From assembly GCA_043813075.1 (NCBI GenBank), contig JBDRLL010000036.1, positions 1 through 64,000 on the forward strand: a stretch of DNA of 64,000 nt, written 5' to 3'. A model generated the notes under the pieces. The model did not search any database. It was given only the letters and a program-made list of their open reading frames with translations, and was not told the DNA's origin. A program made the position numbers and the translations under genes. Shown one piece after another: positions 8,413-18,798 of the stretch (the stretch's first letter is position 1; every line of letters starts with the position of its first letter). Source of the DNA: Candidatus Altiarchaeota archaeon (GTDB lineage Archaea > Altiarchaeota > Altiarchaeia > IMC4 > SCGC-AAA252-I15).

Positions 8413-10950
8413 ATGAGGGTGGTGTTGGTTTTGCTGTTTTTGATGCAGCCTGTGTCTGCCGCACAACAGTACACGTGTTCTCAGACTAGTCCGGGTCAAT
8501 GCCAGGAGGGGACTTGCCCTGCAGGCCAGGTGTGTGCGGTACAGATGTATCTGACGCATCAGGGAAGCTACTGCGCATGCATTCCAGTCCCGACGACAAC
8601 AATAATGCCGTGCACGCTAAACCCTAAGACCGGGCAATGCGGGGGATACTGCAGTCAAGGCCAAGTATGTGATAGCTACTATGGGAAATGCCTGTGTCAG
8701 ACACCCACAACAACATTAAAGCAAACCACGACAACACTGGGGAAGACAAGCACAACGCTGGGGAAAAGCACTACGACACTGGGAGAGACTACATCTACGT
8801 TGGAGAAAACCACAACAACAGTTAAGGGGGTGAAGACCACAACAACTATTCCAGCCCAGGTTATGCCATCTGTGGGGGAAATACTCGCCAGACTGCATAC
8901 GACCACGACAACATTGACTTTTGCCCATACAGTACAAGTCTCGCTGCCAGACAGGGATTCGGACGGAGTCCCTGATATCGGAGACAACTGTATAAACACG
9001 TCAAACCCAAGCCAGATAGACACAGACACTGACGGGGTCGGAGATGCCTGTGACCTATGCTTTTGCGAGACATGCGGCACAACAACAAACGCACAGTTCA
9101 CGTACCAGTACTATGACAGATGGGGGTGCGGGTGCGATGACACAGACCATGGGATGATAAAATACGTGAAGGGAACAGTCAAATGTGACATGGAGCAGGA
9201 CGGGGAAGTATCACCGGAATTCACACGCCCGGATAATGCAGCCCCAACAGTAGACATGGAAATGATGGTGAATATTGGGATGGCAGTAGACCCATCCAAT
9301 TTAGAGCTCCGGCAAAATGATAGGGGGATGACAAGTGAGATTGTATTGGACCTGGAGGTTTCAGACTATAACCCCACATACTACACCGACTACTGCGTCG
9401 GCGGGGGAGTGATGGAGTTCTGGTGCGATGAAGAAGGAGTGCACAACGAGATAATCAGCTGTGAAAACGGATGCGTCCAGGGAGCATGCAATTGCGTGGT
9501 CGGCGACGGAAACGACCCGGACCAGTACACGGCCCTGGAAGGCGACCCCCAAGACCAATGCCTCACAGCCAGTACATTAAGGGAATACTATTGGGAGATA
9601 ACAGGCGGGGGGGAAGGATGCGCGAAAAACCATCAGGACATAGACTGCCTCCTGGGATGCTCAGGAAACAGGTGCACGTGCGGAGACACTGACGGAGGAG
9701 AAAACCCGGGTGAAAGAGGGACAACATCCCTAGGCCATACAGACTACTGCATAAACCAGGACACGTTAAGAGAATACAGGAAGACCAGCGACTACCCATG
9801 CATGGACGCCTACAACGACATAACATGCCCCACTCCGGAGATATGCGTTGAAGGGGCCTGCAAGCCTGCGAGCTGCCTGGATGGGGTGAGGAATGGTGAT
9901 GAAGCCGGTGTCGACTGCGGCGGAAGCTGGTGCCCCCCATGCAGTCCATGCGTGACGGGCGCCAGATGGGCGCCGACAGACGGGCCATGCAGGCACAAGT
10001 GGCCGACAAGTGACGGCCCGAAGATAGAGTGGAATACGGACTCGGACAGCTGTGACAAATATGAAGTCTGTGACGAAAACCTAGATTACATAGTTGAAGA
10101 TGCCCTTAAATGTTGTGAAAACGAGGACTACTCGTCAGCTCTAGGATGGCCCCATAAGGACCGTAAGGAAGCTGCGTGCAATTGGGCGAGGACTGTCTCG
10201 GGCATCGACATAGCATTGAATACTGCATCATTTAAGAAATGCCTGGCCTTATACGCGATATCCGGTTTTGGGGGTGCGGGAGTATACATGCAGGGCTACT
10301 TTGACGGTGAGTTATGCTGCAGCGATTCAGACAACTGTCCGTCGGGATGCTCTGAATTCCATGTGGACCCGGCGGCATGGGAGATGGGGACGACGCTAAG
10401 TTGTGCGGGAGACGGGGGATACCATCCAGACTTTGCGATGGGCGGCCACCGGTGCGAATACAATAAGGTGGGGATATGCAGCATAGCCTGCACGAAATGG
10501 GGGAAACACGGCCACTGGTCAAGCGACACCAACTGGAGGGACAACAGCGACGGATTAACCGACGTGCCAGCCCACGCAAGCATCAATAAACTGTCGACGG
10601 GAACGTGCGTAGACTACTCTATAGCAGTGACAACAATGCTCAGAAAAATAGGGTATAACAAAGATGACGTGTTAAGCGTGGACGGGGACGGTCACGGATA
10701 CAATCTGGTACGGTTCCCAGGGGAAGCTAAATGGCATTATGTGGACACTGTAGGGAACCGGGGTGGGGAAGTGTTCGGGGGAACATTCGCCCCCATAGTC
10801 AACCAGAGCGCGCCGGGAAGGCCGACACTCGCCTGGTACGACTACTGCAGAAACATGGATGGAGGATGCTCGAGCGATGAGGTAGACAATAGCGTAAGCA
10901 ACTGTCCGTCAAACAGTAACATATACGGGTGCGAGGGAGTTCCAAGATGA
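8413..10950 (+). CDS. secreted Cys-rich protein with thrombospondin type 3-like repeat and C-terminal transglutaminase-like domain
   Basis: Signal peptide; DRDSDGVPDIGDNC; GTCVDYS...GHGYNLV...WHYVDT Cys-His-Asp triad. Confidence 0.8.
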   Translation: MRVVLVLLFLMQPVSAAQQYTCSQTSPGQCQEGTCPAGQVCAVQMYLTHQGSYCACIPVPTTTIMPCTLNPKTGQCGGYCSQGQVCDSYYGKCLCQTPTTTLKQTTTTLGKTSTTLGKSTTTLGETTSTLEKTTTTVKGVKTTTTIPAQVMPSVGEILARLHTTTTTLTFAHTVQVSLPDRDSDGVPDIGDNCINTSNPSQIDTDTDGVGDACDLCFCETCGTTTNAQFTYQYYDRWGCGCDDTDHGMIKYVKGTVKCDMEQDGEVSPEFTRPDNAAPTVDMEMMVNIGMAVDPSNLELRQNDRGMTSEIVLDLEVSDYNPTYYTDYCVGGGVMEFWCDEEGVHNEIISCENGCVQGACNCVVGDGNDPDQYTALEGDPQDQCLTASTLREYYWEITGGGEGCAKNHQDIDCLLGCSGNRCTCGDTDGGENPGERGTTSLGHTDYCINQDTLREYRKTSDYPCMDAYNDITCPTPEICVEGACKPASCLDGVRNGDEAGVDCGGSWCPPCSPCVTGARWAPTDGPCRHKWPTSDGPKIEWNTDSDSCDKYEVCDENLDYIVEDALKCCENEDYSSALGWPHKDRKEAACNWARTVSGIDIALNTASFKKCLALYAISGFGGAGVYMQGYFDGELCCSDSDNCPSGCSEFHVDPAAWEMGTTLSCAGDGGYHPDFAMGGHRCEYNKVGICSIACTKWGKHGHWSSDTNWRDNSDGLTDVPAHASINKLSTGTCVDYSIAVTTMLRKIGYNKDDVLSVDGDGHGYNLVRFPGEAKWHYVDTVGNRGGEVFGGTFAPIVNQSAPGRPTLAWYDYCRNMDGGCSSDEVDNSVSNCPSNSNIYGCEGVPR
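8707..8826 (+). repeat. degenerate 21-bp tandem repeat coding a Thr-rich linker
   Basis: 7-aa units TTTLKQT / TTTLGKT / STTLGKS / TTTLGET. Confidence 0.7.
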
Positions 10951-11723
10951 AGAAAATCACGATAATCCTCACGGCCTTGATTATGATCTCACTCGCATCA
11001 GCTCAGGAGATAGGAGTAAGGCCGGATGATATTCCAGCCAACGCGACCGTGGAGACTGGTGAAGAACTGTTGGAAGCGCCGACAACTCAAGGAGTTTCAA
11101 CCAACATTTCCATCACACGCACGCACAAAGCCAATACGACTGTTGGAGAAACCGTGAAAGTCACGATAAGAGTCAGCAACAACCATGACGCCCCACTCAC
11201 ACTGTTAGTCGTGGAACCCCAACGGCCGGGGCTAGAGTATATTAATGCACCGGAACCGTACATGAGGACATATGAAAACCTTCAGGTGCCATTGATGAGA
11301 TGGCGGGAGGAATTCAGGCCGGGAGAAAACAAGGAGTACACGTATAGTATTAGAAAAACGGGCACAGGTTCCGTGCTATTGGCTGCGGCAACCGTAACAG
11401 ACCAATACGGCAAAACCTACGCAACACCAGCGTCATCCATAACATTTGCGTGCAATCCGGACGGGTTTTGTCAGAAAGGCGAGGACTACATATTCTGCCC
11501 CCAAGACTGCCAGACGGGGTCGGAAGACAACACCTGTGATGGAATACAAGACGGCCGCATGGACCCTGACTGCATGCCCGAAGCAGACCCCGACTATCAA
11601 AAAACCACGACAACACTACCCGCTAAAACAACCCCAAAACAGACGACGGGATGCATACCAATGACAACACTTTTACTTTCAGGATTGGTTGCGGCAGCAA
11701 TAAGAACATTCAACCAGTATTAA
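10947..11723 (+). CDS. secreted Ig-like (DUF11/BatD-like) protein with C-terminal anchor
   Basis: ATGA overlap with the upstream stop; signal peptide; VGETVKVTIRVSN beta-sandwich motif; GCIP plus hydrophobic tail. Confidence 0.7.
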   Translation: MKKITIILTALIMISLASAQEIGVRPDDIPANATVETGEELLEAPTTQGVSTNISITRTHKANTTVGETVKVTIRVSNNHDAPLTLLVVEPQRPGLEYINAPEPYMRTYENLQVPLMRWREEFRPGENKEYTYSIRKTGTGSVLLAAATVTDQYGKTYATPASSITFACNPDGFCQKGEDYIFCPQDCQTGSEDNTCDGIQDGRMDPDCMPEADPDYQKTTTTLPAKTTPKQTTGCIPMTTLLLSGLVAAAIRTFNQY

Positions 11724-11759
11724 CATAAATTTTTATTTCTAGAATATTGTATGGATAAT

Positions 11760-11796
11760 TAGAAACGAACCCTGCATAATAAGCGCGGCCGGGGCG
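11760..11796 (+). repeat. att-like repeat R2
   Basis: TAGAAACGAACCCTGCATAATAAGCGCGGCCGGGGCG. Confidence 0.85.
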
Positions 11797-12018
11797 TTCC
11801 TTTTTATTATTTGACAGGCATTGTCTTAGTTGTCAAAGTCTTTGAAGATTATTAAATCCGCTCTTTGAGCATATTCAGACACTAGTATGGAATAGCCTGT
11901 ATGAACTCCCTTTACGTCCTCAAGGGTTATAATCGTGTTTTGGCCTGCGTAACTTATTTACGCATACTCAAATAGAGTAGTGGCATTATAGGGATGGGAA
12001 AAGAGCATAGTAGGTGTT

Positions 12019-13254
12019 ATGGTGGTTGAAGTCAAAAGAGAGGGTGTAATTCTCGAGAGTACTGATAACGAATTTGAGAGGCAAGCAGTCTGCAATCCAG
12101 GTTGTGTTAGAGTGGGTGGCAAGGTTAAGATGTTCTACCGCGCCATAAGAGAGAACAACTACTCGAGCATAGGATACTGTGAACTAGACGGTCCACTCAA
12201 TGTTGTCGAACGCTTTGACGAACCAGTCATAACCGGAGAATCAGAATACGATAGCCACGGAGTCGAGGATCCCCGTGTTATCTTTTTCGAGGATAAATAC
12301 TACATATTCTACGTCGCATACGATGGTAAAAACGCACTAATAGAGTATGCAACAAGCAAAGACCTGGTTAAATTCGAGAAAAAAGGGGTCATAAGCCCTA
12401 GGATACGCTACAGCGAAGCAAAGAAGTTGTTCATGAAATCTAAACTTTACCTGAAGGACAAGTACTTCTTTTTCGAGACGTATTTCAGGGATGTAAACGG
12501 CGAAGACATCCTACTATGGGAGAAGGACGCATTCATTTTTCCCAAGAGAATCAACGGAAAGATGGCATTTGTCCACCGGGTGCTACCAGACATGCAGATA
12601 GCATACATCAACAACTTAAGCGAACTGACCACCGACTACTGGCGGGATCACCTGAGTAACATCTCAAACCACTTGCTTTTAGGTTCAAAATACTGGTATG
12701 AATCCAGGCATATCGGTGGCGGACCGCCACCAATAGAGACGGACGAAGGATGGCTCACGGTATATCATGCAGTTGAGGACTCGGAAGCAGGGAGAATATA
12801 CCATGCATCAGCAGCGCTACTGGATAAGGACAACCCCCAAAAGGTCATTGGCAGGTTGAAGGACCCGCTTATCTCACCCCAGATGGAGTGGGAACAACAA
12901 GGAGAAGTGAATAATGTTGTATTCCCCACAGGCGCTGCCGAATTCGACGGAAGACTGTACCTTTACTATGGAGCAGCGGATAAGAGGATAGCTGTTGCAT
13001 CAGTGAACATAGACGAGCTACTTGATGAACTAAAAAACTCCCAACACTATACCCACGTAATCTCTGAAATAGGCCACACCGCAGGCCAAGTGTATGATGC
13101 AGGCATTAATCAACCCGTCAAATTGGAGGATTTAGTGAAAATTTTTGGCAAGGATGAGAAACTAGTCCTAATGGCTTTAGGCTGGCTTGCTAGGGAGGAT
13201 AAGATGGACTACATTAAGTTAGGCAAAGAGATGAAATTCAAGGTAAAGAAATAG
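12019..13254 (+). CDS. GH130-family glycosidase/phosphorylase with C-terminal winged-helix (DUF2582-like) domain
   Basis: CNPG, GVEDPRV, WEKDA, GGGPPPIETDEGWL, NVVFPTG, YYGAAD motifs; tail IGHTAGQVY...ALGWLAREDK. Confidence 0.85.
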   Translation: MVVEVKREGVILESTDNEFERQAVCNPGCVRVGGKVKMFYRAIRENNYSSIGYCELDGPLNVVERFDEPVITGESEYDSHGVEDPRVIFFEDKYYIFYVAYDGKNALIEYATSKDLVKFEKKGVISPRIRYSEAKKLFMKSKLYLKDKYFFFETYFRDVNGEDILLWEKDAFIFPKRINGKMAFVHRVLPDMQIAYINNLSELTTDYWRDHLSNISNHLLLGSKYWYESRHIGGGPPPIETDEGWLTVYHAVEDSEAGRIYHASAALLDKDNPQKVIGRLKDPLISPQMEWEQQGEVNNVVFPTGAAEFDGRLYLYYGAADKRIAVASVNIDELLDELKNSQHYTHVISEIGHTAGQVYDAGINQPVKLEDLVKIFGKDEKLVLMALGWLAREDKMDYIKLGKEMKFKVKK

Positions 13255-13273
13255 ACGTTTTTGTCTTAGGAAT

Positions 13274-15463
13274 ATGGACACTAAGAGGAAATCCAGTTGG
13301 ATACTTTTCATGGGGACGTACCCGCCAAGGGAATGCGGGATAGCGACTTTCACCAGATACCTTTCAAGCGCAGTCCACAAGAGTTTCTCCCCGACAGTCA
13401 AATCTAAAATCGCCGCATTAAACAATGATATAACCACAATCTACAATTATCCTGAAGAAGTCATATACCAGATAGACGAAAACGATGTTGAAGGATACCT
13501 TGAGACCGCAAGGAAAATCAACGAAACAGATGCAATTGAAGTCGTGAACATACAGCATGAGTTTGGGATATTCGGGGGTGAATTAGGAGGCAACCTAATA
13601 CCGTTTCTTGAGGAGCTCAAAAAACCTGTGGTTGTGACATTGCATACAGTGCTCCCAAACCCCGATAAAAAGATGAAGAGGGTCATGCAATCAATAGCTG
13701 AAAGGTCAAAGTGCCTGGTTGTCATGAACAATATGGCAATCGACATACTCAAGAACGATTATGGACTGGTTAACAGTGAGATATTCCTGATACCGCACGG
13801 CATACCGTCTGTCCCGTTTAAGACAAGCGCTGACGACAAGCTGGATTTAGGATTCAAGAACAATACAATACTGTCTTCCTTTGGGATGCTAAATCCTGCC
13901 AAAGGCTACGAAACCGTCATCAAAGCCCTCCCAAGAGTAATTGAGAAATACCCAAACTTGAGATACATAATAGTTGGCGAAACACACCCCATAATCAGGA
14001 AAAAAGAGGGGGAATCCTACAGGAACTCCCTAGAGAAGCTAGTGAAAGACCTCAATCTGAAAAAGAACGTCAAATTCTACAACAAATACGTGCGTCTGAG
14101 TGAGATAGTGAAATTCCTACAGGCGACAGACATATACATATCCTCATCCACCAACCCCAACCAGATAGTCAGTGGTACGCTATCCTTTGCGATGGGGTGC
14201 GGCAGAGCTATCGTCTCGACACCATTCCTGCATGCCAGGGAGATGGTAACCGCAGATAAGGGATTACTTGCAGAATTCAACGACCCAGACTCCTTTGCAG
14301 AGAGCATAATCAAAATATTATCAAACCCAGAGCTGAAGAGGAGCATGGAGCACAGTGCATACGCATACACCCGGCGCATGACCTGGCCCAACGTGGCATT
14401 ATCCTACATGGATCTTTTCAGGAGGTATTCTAGAATGCCAGTTAGCGATGTGCTTCCGAGGGTGAAACTCAACCACCTAGCTGAGTTGACTGGTAAGGAT
14501 GGCATCATCCAGTTTGCAAAAAACACCAAACCCGACAAACAATATGGCTACTCTATAGACGATAACTCCCGTGCACTCATCGTTTGCTGCATGCACTACA
14601 CTAGAACAGCCGACCATACATCCGTGGAATTGGCTGAAACTTATCTGAACTACATTGAGAAGATGTTCAATAACGGCAGATTCTACAACTTCGCGGACAT
14701 GAACATGAATCCGGATTTCAAAAACTTCAGCGAAGAAGCACACAGCAGAACCATGTGGGCACTAGGATACCTGACTGCAACACCTGAAATGCCGGATAAC
14801 CTAAGGGAAAAAACCAGGAAATTATTCACAAAAGGATTGACAGAGTCCATGAAACTTATGTCCCCCCGCGCAGTTGCATACAATATCCAAGGCCTATACC
14901 ACTACAACAGAGTGTATCCCTCAGACATTAACGTGGATAAAATCCATAAACTCGCAGATCACCTTGTCTCATTGTTCAATGACCATAAGTCAGACGACTG
15001 GCAATGGTTCGAACCATACCTCACCTATGTGAACGCTAGAATACCGGAGTCGCTTTATCTGGCGTACCAACTCAGGAAAAGGACAAAATATCTAGATATT
15101 GCGGAGTCAACCCTAAATTTCCTATTGTCATTAACACTCAATGAGGGCATGTTCCACCCCATAGGACAAAATGGGTGGTACATCAAACACGACAAAAGAG
15201 CCCATTTCGACCAACAACCTGTTGAGGCGGCAACCATGGTCCAAACACTCATGACCGCATACGAAAACACCAACAACAAAGACTATAAAAACAATGCTTA
15301 TACGGTCTTCAGCTGGTTCCTCGGCAACAATTACCTACGCCAAACAATCTACGACGAAAAATCCGGCGGCTGCCACGACGGATTAGGTTACTATTCCATA
15401 AACCTAAACCAAGGAGCCGAAGCAACCATATCCTACCTCCTAGCAAGACTCAGAATAGAGTGA
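13274..15463 (+). CDS. GT4 glycosyltransferase fused to a six-hairpin glycosidase-like domain
   Basis: GTYPPRECGIATFT, IQHEFGIFG, QIVSGTLSFAMG; C-terminal YSIDDNSRAL, FDQQP, NLNQGAE. Confidence 0.85.
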   Translation: MDTKRKSSWILFMGTYPPRECGIATFTRYLSSAVHKSFSPTVKSKIAALNNDITTIYNYPEEVIYQIDENDVEGYLETARKINETDAIEVVNIQHEFGIFGGELGGNLIPFLEELKKPVVVTLHTVLPNPDKKMKRVMQSIAERSKCLVVMNNMAIDILKNDYGLVNSEIFLIPHGIPSVPFKTSADDKLDLGFKNNTILSSFGMLNPAKGYETVIKALPRVIEKYPNLRYIIVGETHPIIRKKEGESYRNSLEKLVKDLNLKKNVKFYNKYVRLSEIVKFLQATDIYISSSTNPNQIVSGTLSFAMGCGRAIVSTPFLHAREMVTADKGLLAEFNDPDSFAESIIKILSNPELKRSMEHSAYAYTRRMTWPNVALSYMDLFRRYSRMPVSDVLPRVKLNHLAELTGKDGIIQFAKNTKPDKQYGYSIDDNSRALIVCCMHYTRTADHTSVELAETYLNYIEKMFNNGRFYNFADMNMNPDFKNFSEEAHSRTMWALGYLTATPEMPDNLREKTRKLFTKGLTESMKLMSPRAVAYNIQGLYHYNRVYPSDINVDKIHKLADHLVSLFNDHKSDDWQWFEPYLTYVNARIPESLYLAYQLRKRTKYLDIAESTLNFLLSLTLNEGMFHPIGQNGWYIKHDKRAHFDQQPVEAATMVQTLMTAYENTNNKDYKNNAYTVFSWFLGNNYLRQTIYDEKSGGCHDGLGYYSINLNQGAEATISYLLARLRIE

Positions 15464-15623
15464 ATAATTCCCCCATATTTTATTTAAAAAAAATATGGTT
15501 ATTGAACCCTCATTTCAGGCAATGAGGGCATAAATAAAGCAGTAACAGGAGTATATCTAATTTCCCCCTTCCCTAAAACCAAAGACGAACAATAAGTCTC
15601 CGCCACCTAAACCGAACATTTTG

Positions 15624-15735
15624 TTTGAATCCCGATCGGGGCGTCCAACCCTAAATTTTATTTTGTTTTAGCTTCTGTGGGCTTATTGTTTTGGGGTTTT
15701 GTTTTTCACTTGATTTAGGAACACTAATCCTACTT
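15624..15735 (+). repeat. att-like repeat R3 (tRNA-Asp T-loop/3' end + ~90-bp downstream arm)
   Basis: TTTGAATCCCGATCGGGGCG-TCCAACCCTAAATTTTATTTTGTTTTAGCTTCTG... aligns with 5584-5696. Confidence 0.85.
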
Positions 15736-15742
15736 GAAATTC

Positions 15743-15761
15743 TGCTGAAGGCGTGACTTGA
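15743..15761 (-). repeat. tRNA-Met 3'-end fragment
   Basis: TGCTGAAGGCGTGACTTGA matches 1844-1862 at 18 of 19 positions. Confidence 0.85.
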
Positions 15762-15812
15762 CTGTTTATCTCTTATGATTTATTGTGGTATTTAGGTCAG
15801 CTGGATGCTACC

Positions 15813-16592
15813 CTACCTGTTCTTGCATCTTTCTCTTAGGTCGGGATCGCTTATCCTGTCGCATGGTATCTTGTCCCCCCACTGGCTTGAGAATAGGTCG
15901 TAGCATCCGTCGCGTTCACTTCCCGCATCCTCACAAATCGAATAATCATTCTTATTATTTGCGATGTTGAAGTAGCATGCCCGCAATCCCTCCTTTGTTG
16001 CTGATCCATCACAGATTTTAGTATCGTCTTTTTCTTTTGCGAGAAGATAGTAGCAGTTCCAGTTACCGCCATAATAGTTGTCACAGTATCGCTCATCCTT
16101 TGTCTCTACGGCAAGGTCCCTGTAGCATATGGATTTATAGTACTCATCAGTTATCTCTTCACATGGCCCTCCAGACCTAGTAGACTTTGCCACTTCGGTG
16201 TAGCATTTTTCCATGTCGTATCCGCTGGTCTCACACAGTGATGAATCACCTGTCTCAACAGCGAGATTGAAGTAACATTTCCTCCGATCCATCTCCTCAT
16301 TTATCCTCACGCACAATAACTCATCTCCCGTATCCAATGCGGCCTTAGCATAACATTCATTCTTCTCGTTCATGCTCAAACCATCATCCTCGCATTTATC
16401 GCCAGAACCACCACCACCCTCATCAGCGCCTTCAGTGTCGTCCCCATTGAAGAAATCATCCAACTCCAGCAAGGCGCAGAGAAGGCTTTCTGTAGTGGTT
16501 TTCTTATAATCACACATGTCCTTCACATTACAGCCTGAAGAAAAAACAACCAAGACAATGAAAAACACGATAAACGCAGTCTTATGATCCAT
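15813..16592 (-). CDS. Cys-repeat lipoprotein
   Basis: Lipobox SSGC; about seven repeats of CY-x3-A-x4-D-x3-C. Confidence 0.75.
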   Translation of the reverse strand: MDHKTAFIVFFIVLVVFSSGCNVKDMCDYKKTTTESLLCALLELDDFFNGDDTEGADEGGGGSGDKCEDDGLSMNEKNECYAKAALDTGDELLCVRINEEMDRRKCYFNLAVETGDSSLCETSGYDMEKCYTEVAKSTRSGGPCEEITDEYYKSICYRDLAVETKDERYCDNYYGGNWNCYYLLAKEKDDTKICDGSATKEGLRACYFNIANNKNDYSICEDAGSERDGCYDLFSSQWGDKIPCDRISDPDLRERCKNR

Positions 16593-16640
16593 AGCACCAA
16601 AAAACCATTGATACTACAGAAATAAAAAGAGATGATTACT

Positions 16641-16757
16641 GAGAAACGAACTCAACGTATTTGACCCGGCCGGGGCGTTCCTGCCCTGAATTTTCTTTTG
16701 TTTTAGCTTCTGTTACTTTATTTTTTTGAGGTATGTGCATTTGTCTGGGGATTCGAG
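16641..16757 (+). repeat. att-like repeat R4 (arm + tRNA 3' end + downstream arm)
   Basis: GAGAAACGAACTCAACGTATTTGACCCGGCCGGGGCG followed by CCCTGAATTTTCTTTTGTTTTAGCTTCTG. Confidence 0.85.
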
Positions 16758-16811
16758 GCCATTGGAACGAACTCGTGATATTTTTTATTGTACAGACCAT
16801 AATTTCATGTT

Positions 16812-18053
16812 ATGGTCGACGTGAGCATGCTGTATGGGTTTCTGGTATCGCTTGGCATTGGCGGCCTTATAGGAATTGAGCGGGAGCATGACGAGAAAGG
16901 GAGGACTCTGACTGCGGGAGTCAGAACTTTTGCGTTAACCGCTCTTTTTGGAACATCACTTGCACTTATCACCGAACAACAGTCAGAGTTATTCCCCCTA
17001 ATACTAGGTCTGGGGTATGTTGCCCTTATCGCAATAGGATATGTTAGGACTAGCAGAAACAACGAGGACATAGGGTTAACGACAGAGATAGCGCAACTCT
17101 TTGTCATAGCGCTCGGATTTTTAGCATACTATCCTGAGACACGCACGCTCTCGGTAATACTTGGTATTTTGACTGCAATACTGTTGGAGATCAAGGAGTA
17201 CACGCAAGAGTTCGCCCATCGTATCGTGCAGTTCGAGCTCCGGGACAGCCTGAAGTTCATGGTCATATCATTCATCATACTCCCAGCCCTCCCTAACGTG
17301 GCTGTAGACCCATGGAGAGTCCTGAATCCGCAGAAAATATGGCTTCTAGTGGTATTGATTTCGGGCATAAGCTATTTTGGATACATACTCGTGAAACTAC
17401 TCGGCGTAAACCGGGGCATCGGAATAACCGGCCTACTGGGGGGCCTCACGTCATCAACAGCAGTCACCACTGCAATGGCAGCTAAATCCAAGGAGTCGGG
17501 TGATATCACCAAACCGGTTGCCTTCGCTACACTAATCGCGTTCACCATCATGTACCCCAGGATAATACTCGAGGTGATGGTCGTAAACCAGGAGATTCTC
17601 GGCGACCTGATGTTATCTATTGGCGTGATGTTTCTCGCAGCCCTAATCTCCGCCATCGTCATCTACAGGAAGGCTAGCAGAGTAAAGGCAGAGATTGACT
17701 TAAAGACGCCATTCGCAATCTCGCCAGCACTTAAATTCGCGGCATTCTTCGTCATCGTTCTCTTGCTAGTGCACTTCACGCAAACACGGTTAGGGGATAG
17801 AGGAGTCTACATTGCCGCAGCAGTCTCCGGGCTCGCGGACGTCGACGCGATAACACTATCAATGGCGTCACTCTCGCTAGAAGGCGATGTGTCCGCTGAC
17901 ACTGCGGTAAACGCGATAACAATAGCAGTCATGTTCAACACAATAGTGAAATTCCTATACGCCCTGATGCTGGGTACACGCCAATTCGCCAGGTATATTG
18001 GCATAGCAACAGCCTTCATACTTGCGACAGGGACGTTAGCACTAATAGTCTAA
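16812..18053 (+). CDS. MgtC/SapB-family membrane protein with DUF4010
   Basis: GGLIGIERE, AGVRTF, GLTTE, LGGLTSSTAVT, SGLADVDAITLS. Confidence 0.85.
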   Translation: MVDVSMLYGFLVSLGIGGLIGIEREHDEKGRTLTAGVRTFALTALFGTSLALITEQQSELFPLILGLGYVALIAIGYVRTSRNNEDIGLTTEIAQLFVIALGFLAYYPETRTLSVILGILTAILLEIKEYTQEFAHRIVQFELRDSLKFMVISFIILPALPNVAVDPWRVLNPQKIWLLVVLISGISYFGYILVKLLGVNRGIGITGLLGGLTSSTAVTTAMAAKSKESGDITKPVAFATLIAFTIMYPRIILEVMVVNQEILGDLMLSIGVMFLAALISAIVIYRKASRVKAEIDLKTPFAISPALKFAAFFVIVLLLVHFTQTRLGDRGVYIAAAVSGLADVDAITLSMASLSLEGDVSADTAVNAITIAVMFNTIVKFLYALMLGTRQFARYIGIATAFILATGTLALIV

Positions 18054-18195
18054 ACCACTGACGAAAACCCAAATCAAGGATAAATGTATATAGCTAAGTG
18101 AGAGTATAATTGGTTTTATACGTGGCCTAATTCTTCTTTGTTCTAATACCGGAGGAAATACTGCGGATTTTTAGTTCTATAATAAATATTTTACC

Positions 18196-18780
18196 ATGTT
18201 TTCTCGTATCCGCATGTATCTTAAGATAAGTAGGGTGTTGGATATCGCAGAGCGGTTCTTTGTTTTAAATGGCTTTGACGGCCTGTACACTATGATGGGC
18301 ATTATTGTTGGTTCCTATGTGGCAGGTCATCATGACCCGAACATCGTCTTAGCTTCTGGTTTCACGGGCATAGTTGCCCTAGGAATCTCAGGGTCGGCGA
18401 GTGCGTATGTCTCCGAGAAGGCGATGAGAGAAAAACAGATCAAGAAGCTTGAGAGACATATGATGAAAAAGATGGATAAAACCGTGCAGAAAGAAGCAAG
18501 TGATTTTGCGGCGGTTTTCTCCGCACTAGTAAACGGATTCAGCCCGATCCTAACGGCTATGATAATGGTTATACCGTTTATACTAGCGAGAATTGGATTG
18601 CTAGGTGTTGAATATGCTTTCAGCTATTCAATGATGATAGGAGCGTTCGAAGTTATTGTTGTGGGCTTTTACCTGGGAAAAATAAGCGGGGGTTCGAAAA
18701 TAGCTTACGGGATGAGGATGCTATTCATAGCAGCTGTCGCAGTCATAATAAGCTACTACCTAGGATACATGCTAAGTTAA
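18196..18780 (+). CDS. VIT1/CCC1-family transporter
   Basis: RFFVLNGFDG and ALGISGSASAYVSEKA motifs. Confidence 0.8.
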   Translation: MFSRIRMYLKISRVLDIAERFFVLNGFDGLYTMMGIIVGSYVAGHHDPNIVLASGFTGIVALGISGSASAYVSEKAMREKQIKKLERHMMKKMDKTVQKEASDFAAVFSALVNGFSPILTAMIMVIPFILARIGLLGVEYAFSYSMMIGAFEVIVVGFYLGKISGGSKIAYGMRMLFIAAVAVIISYYLGYMLS

Positions 18781-18798
18781 GAATAAACCGGATTTAAC

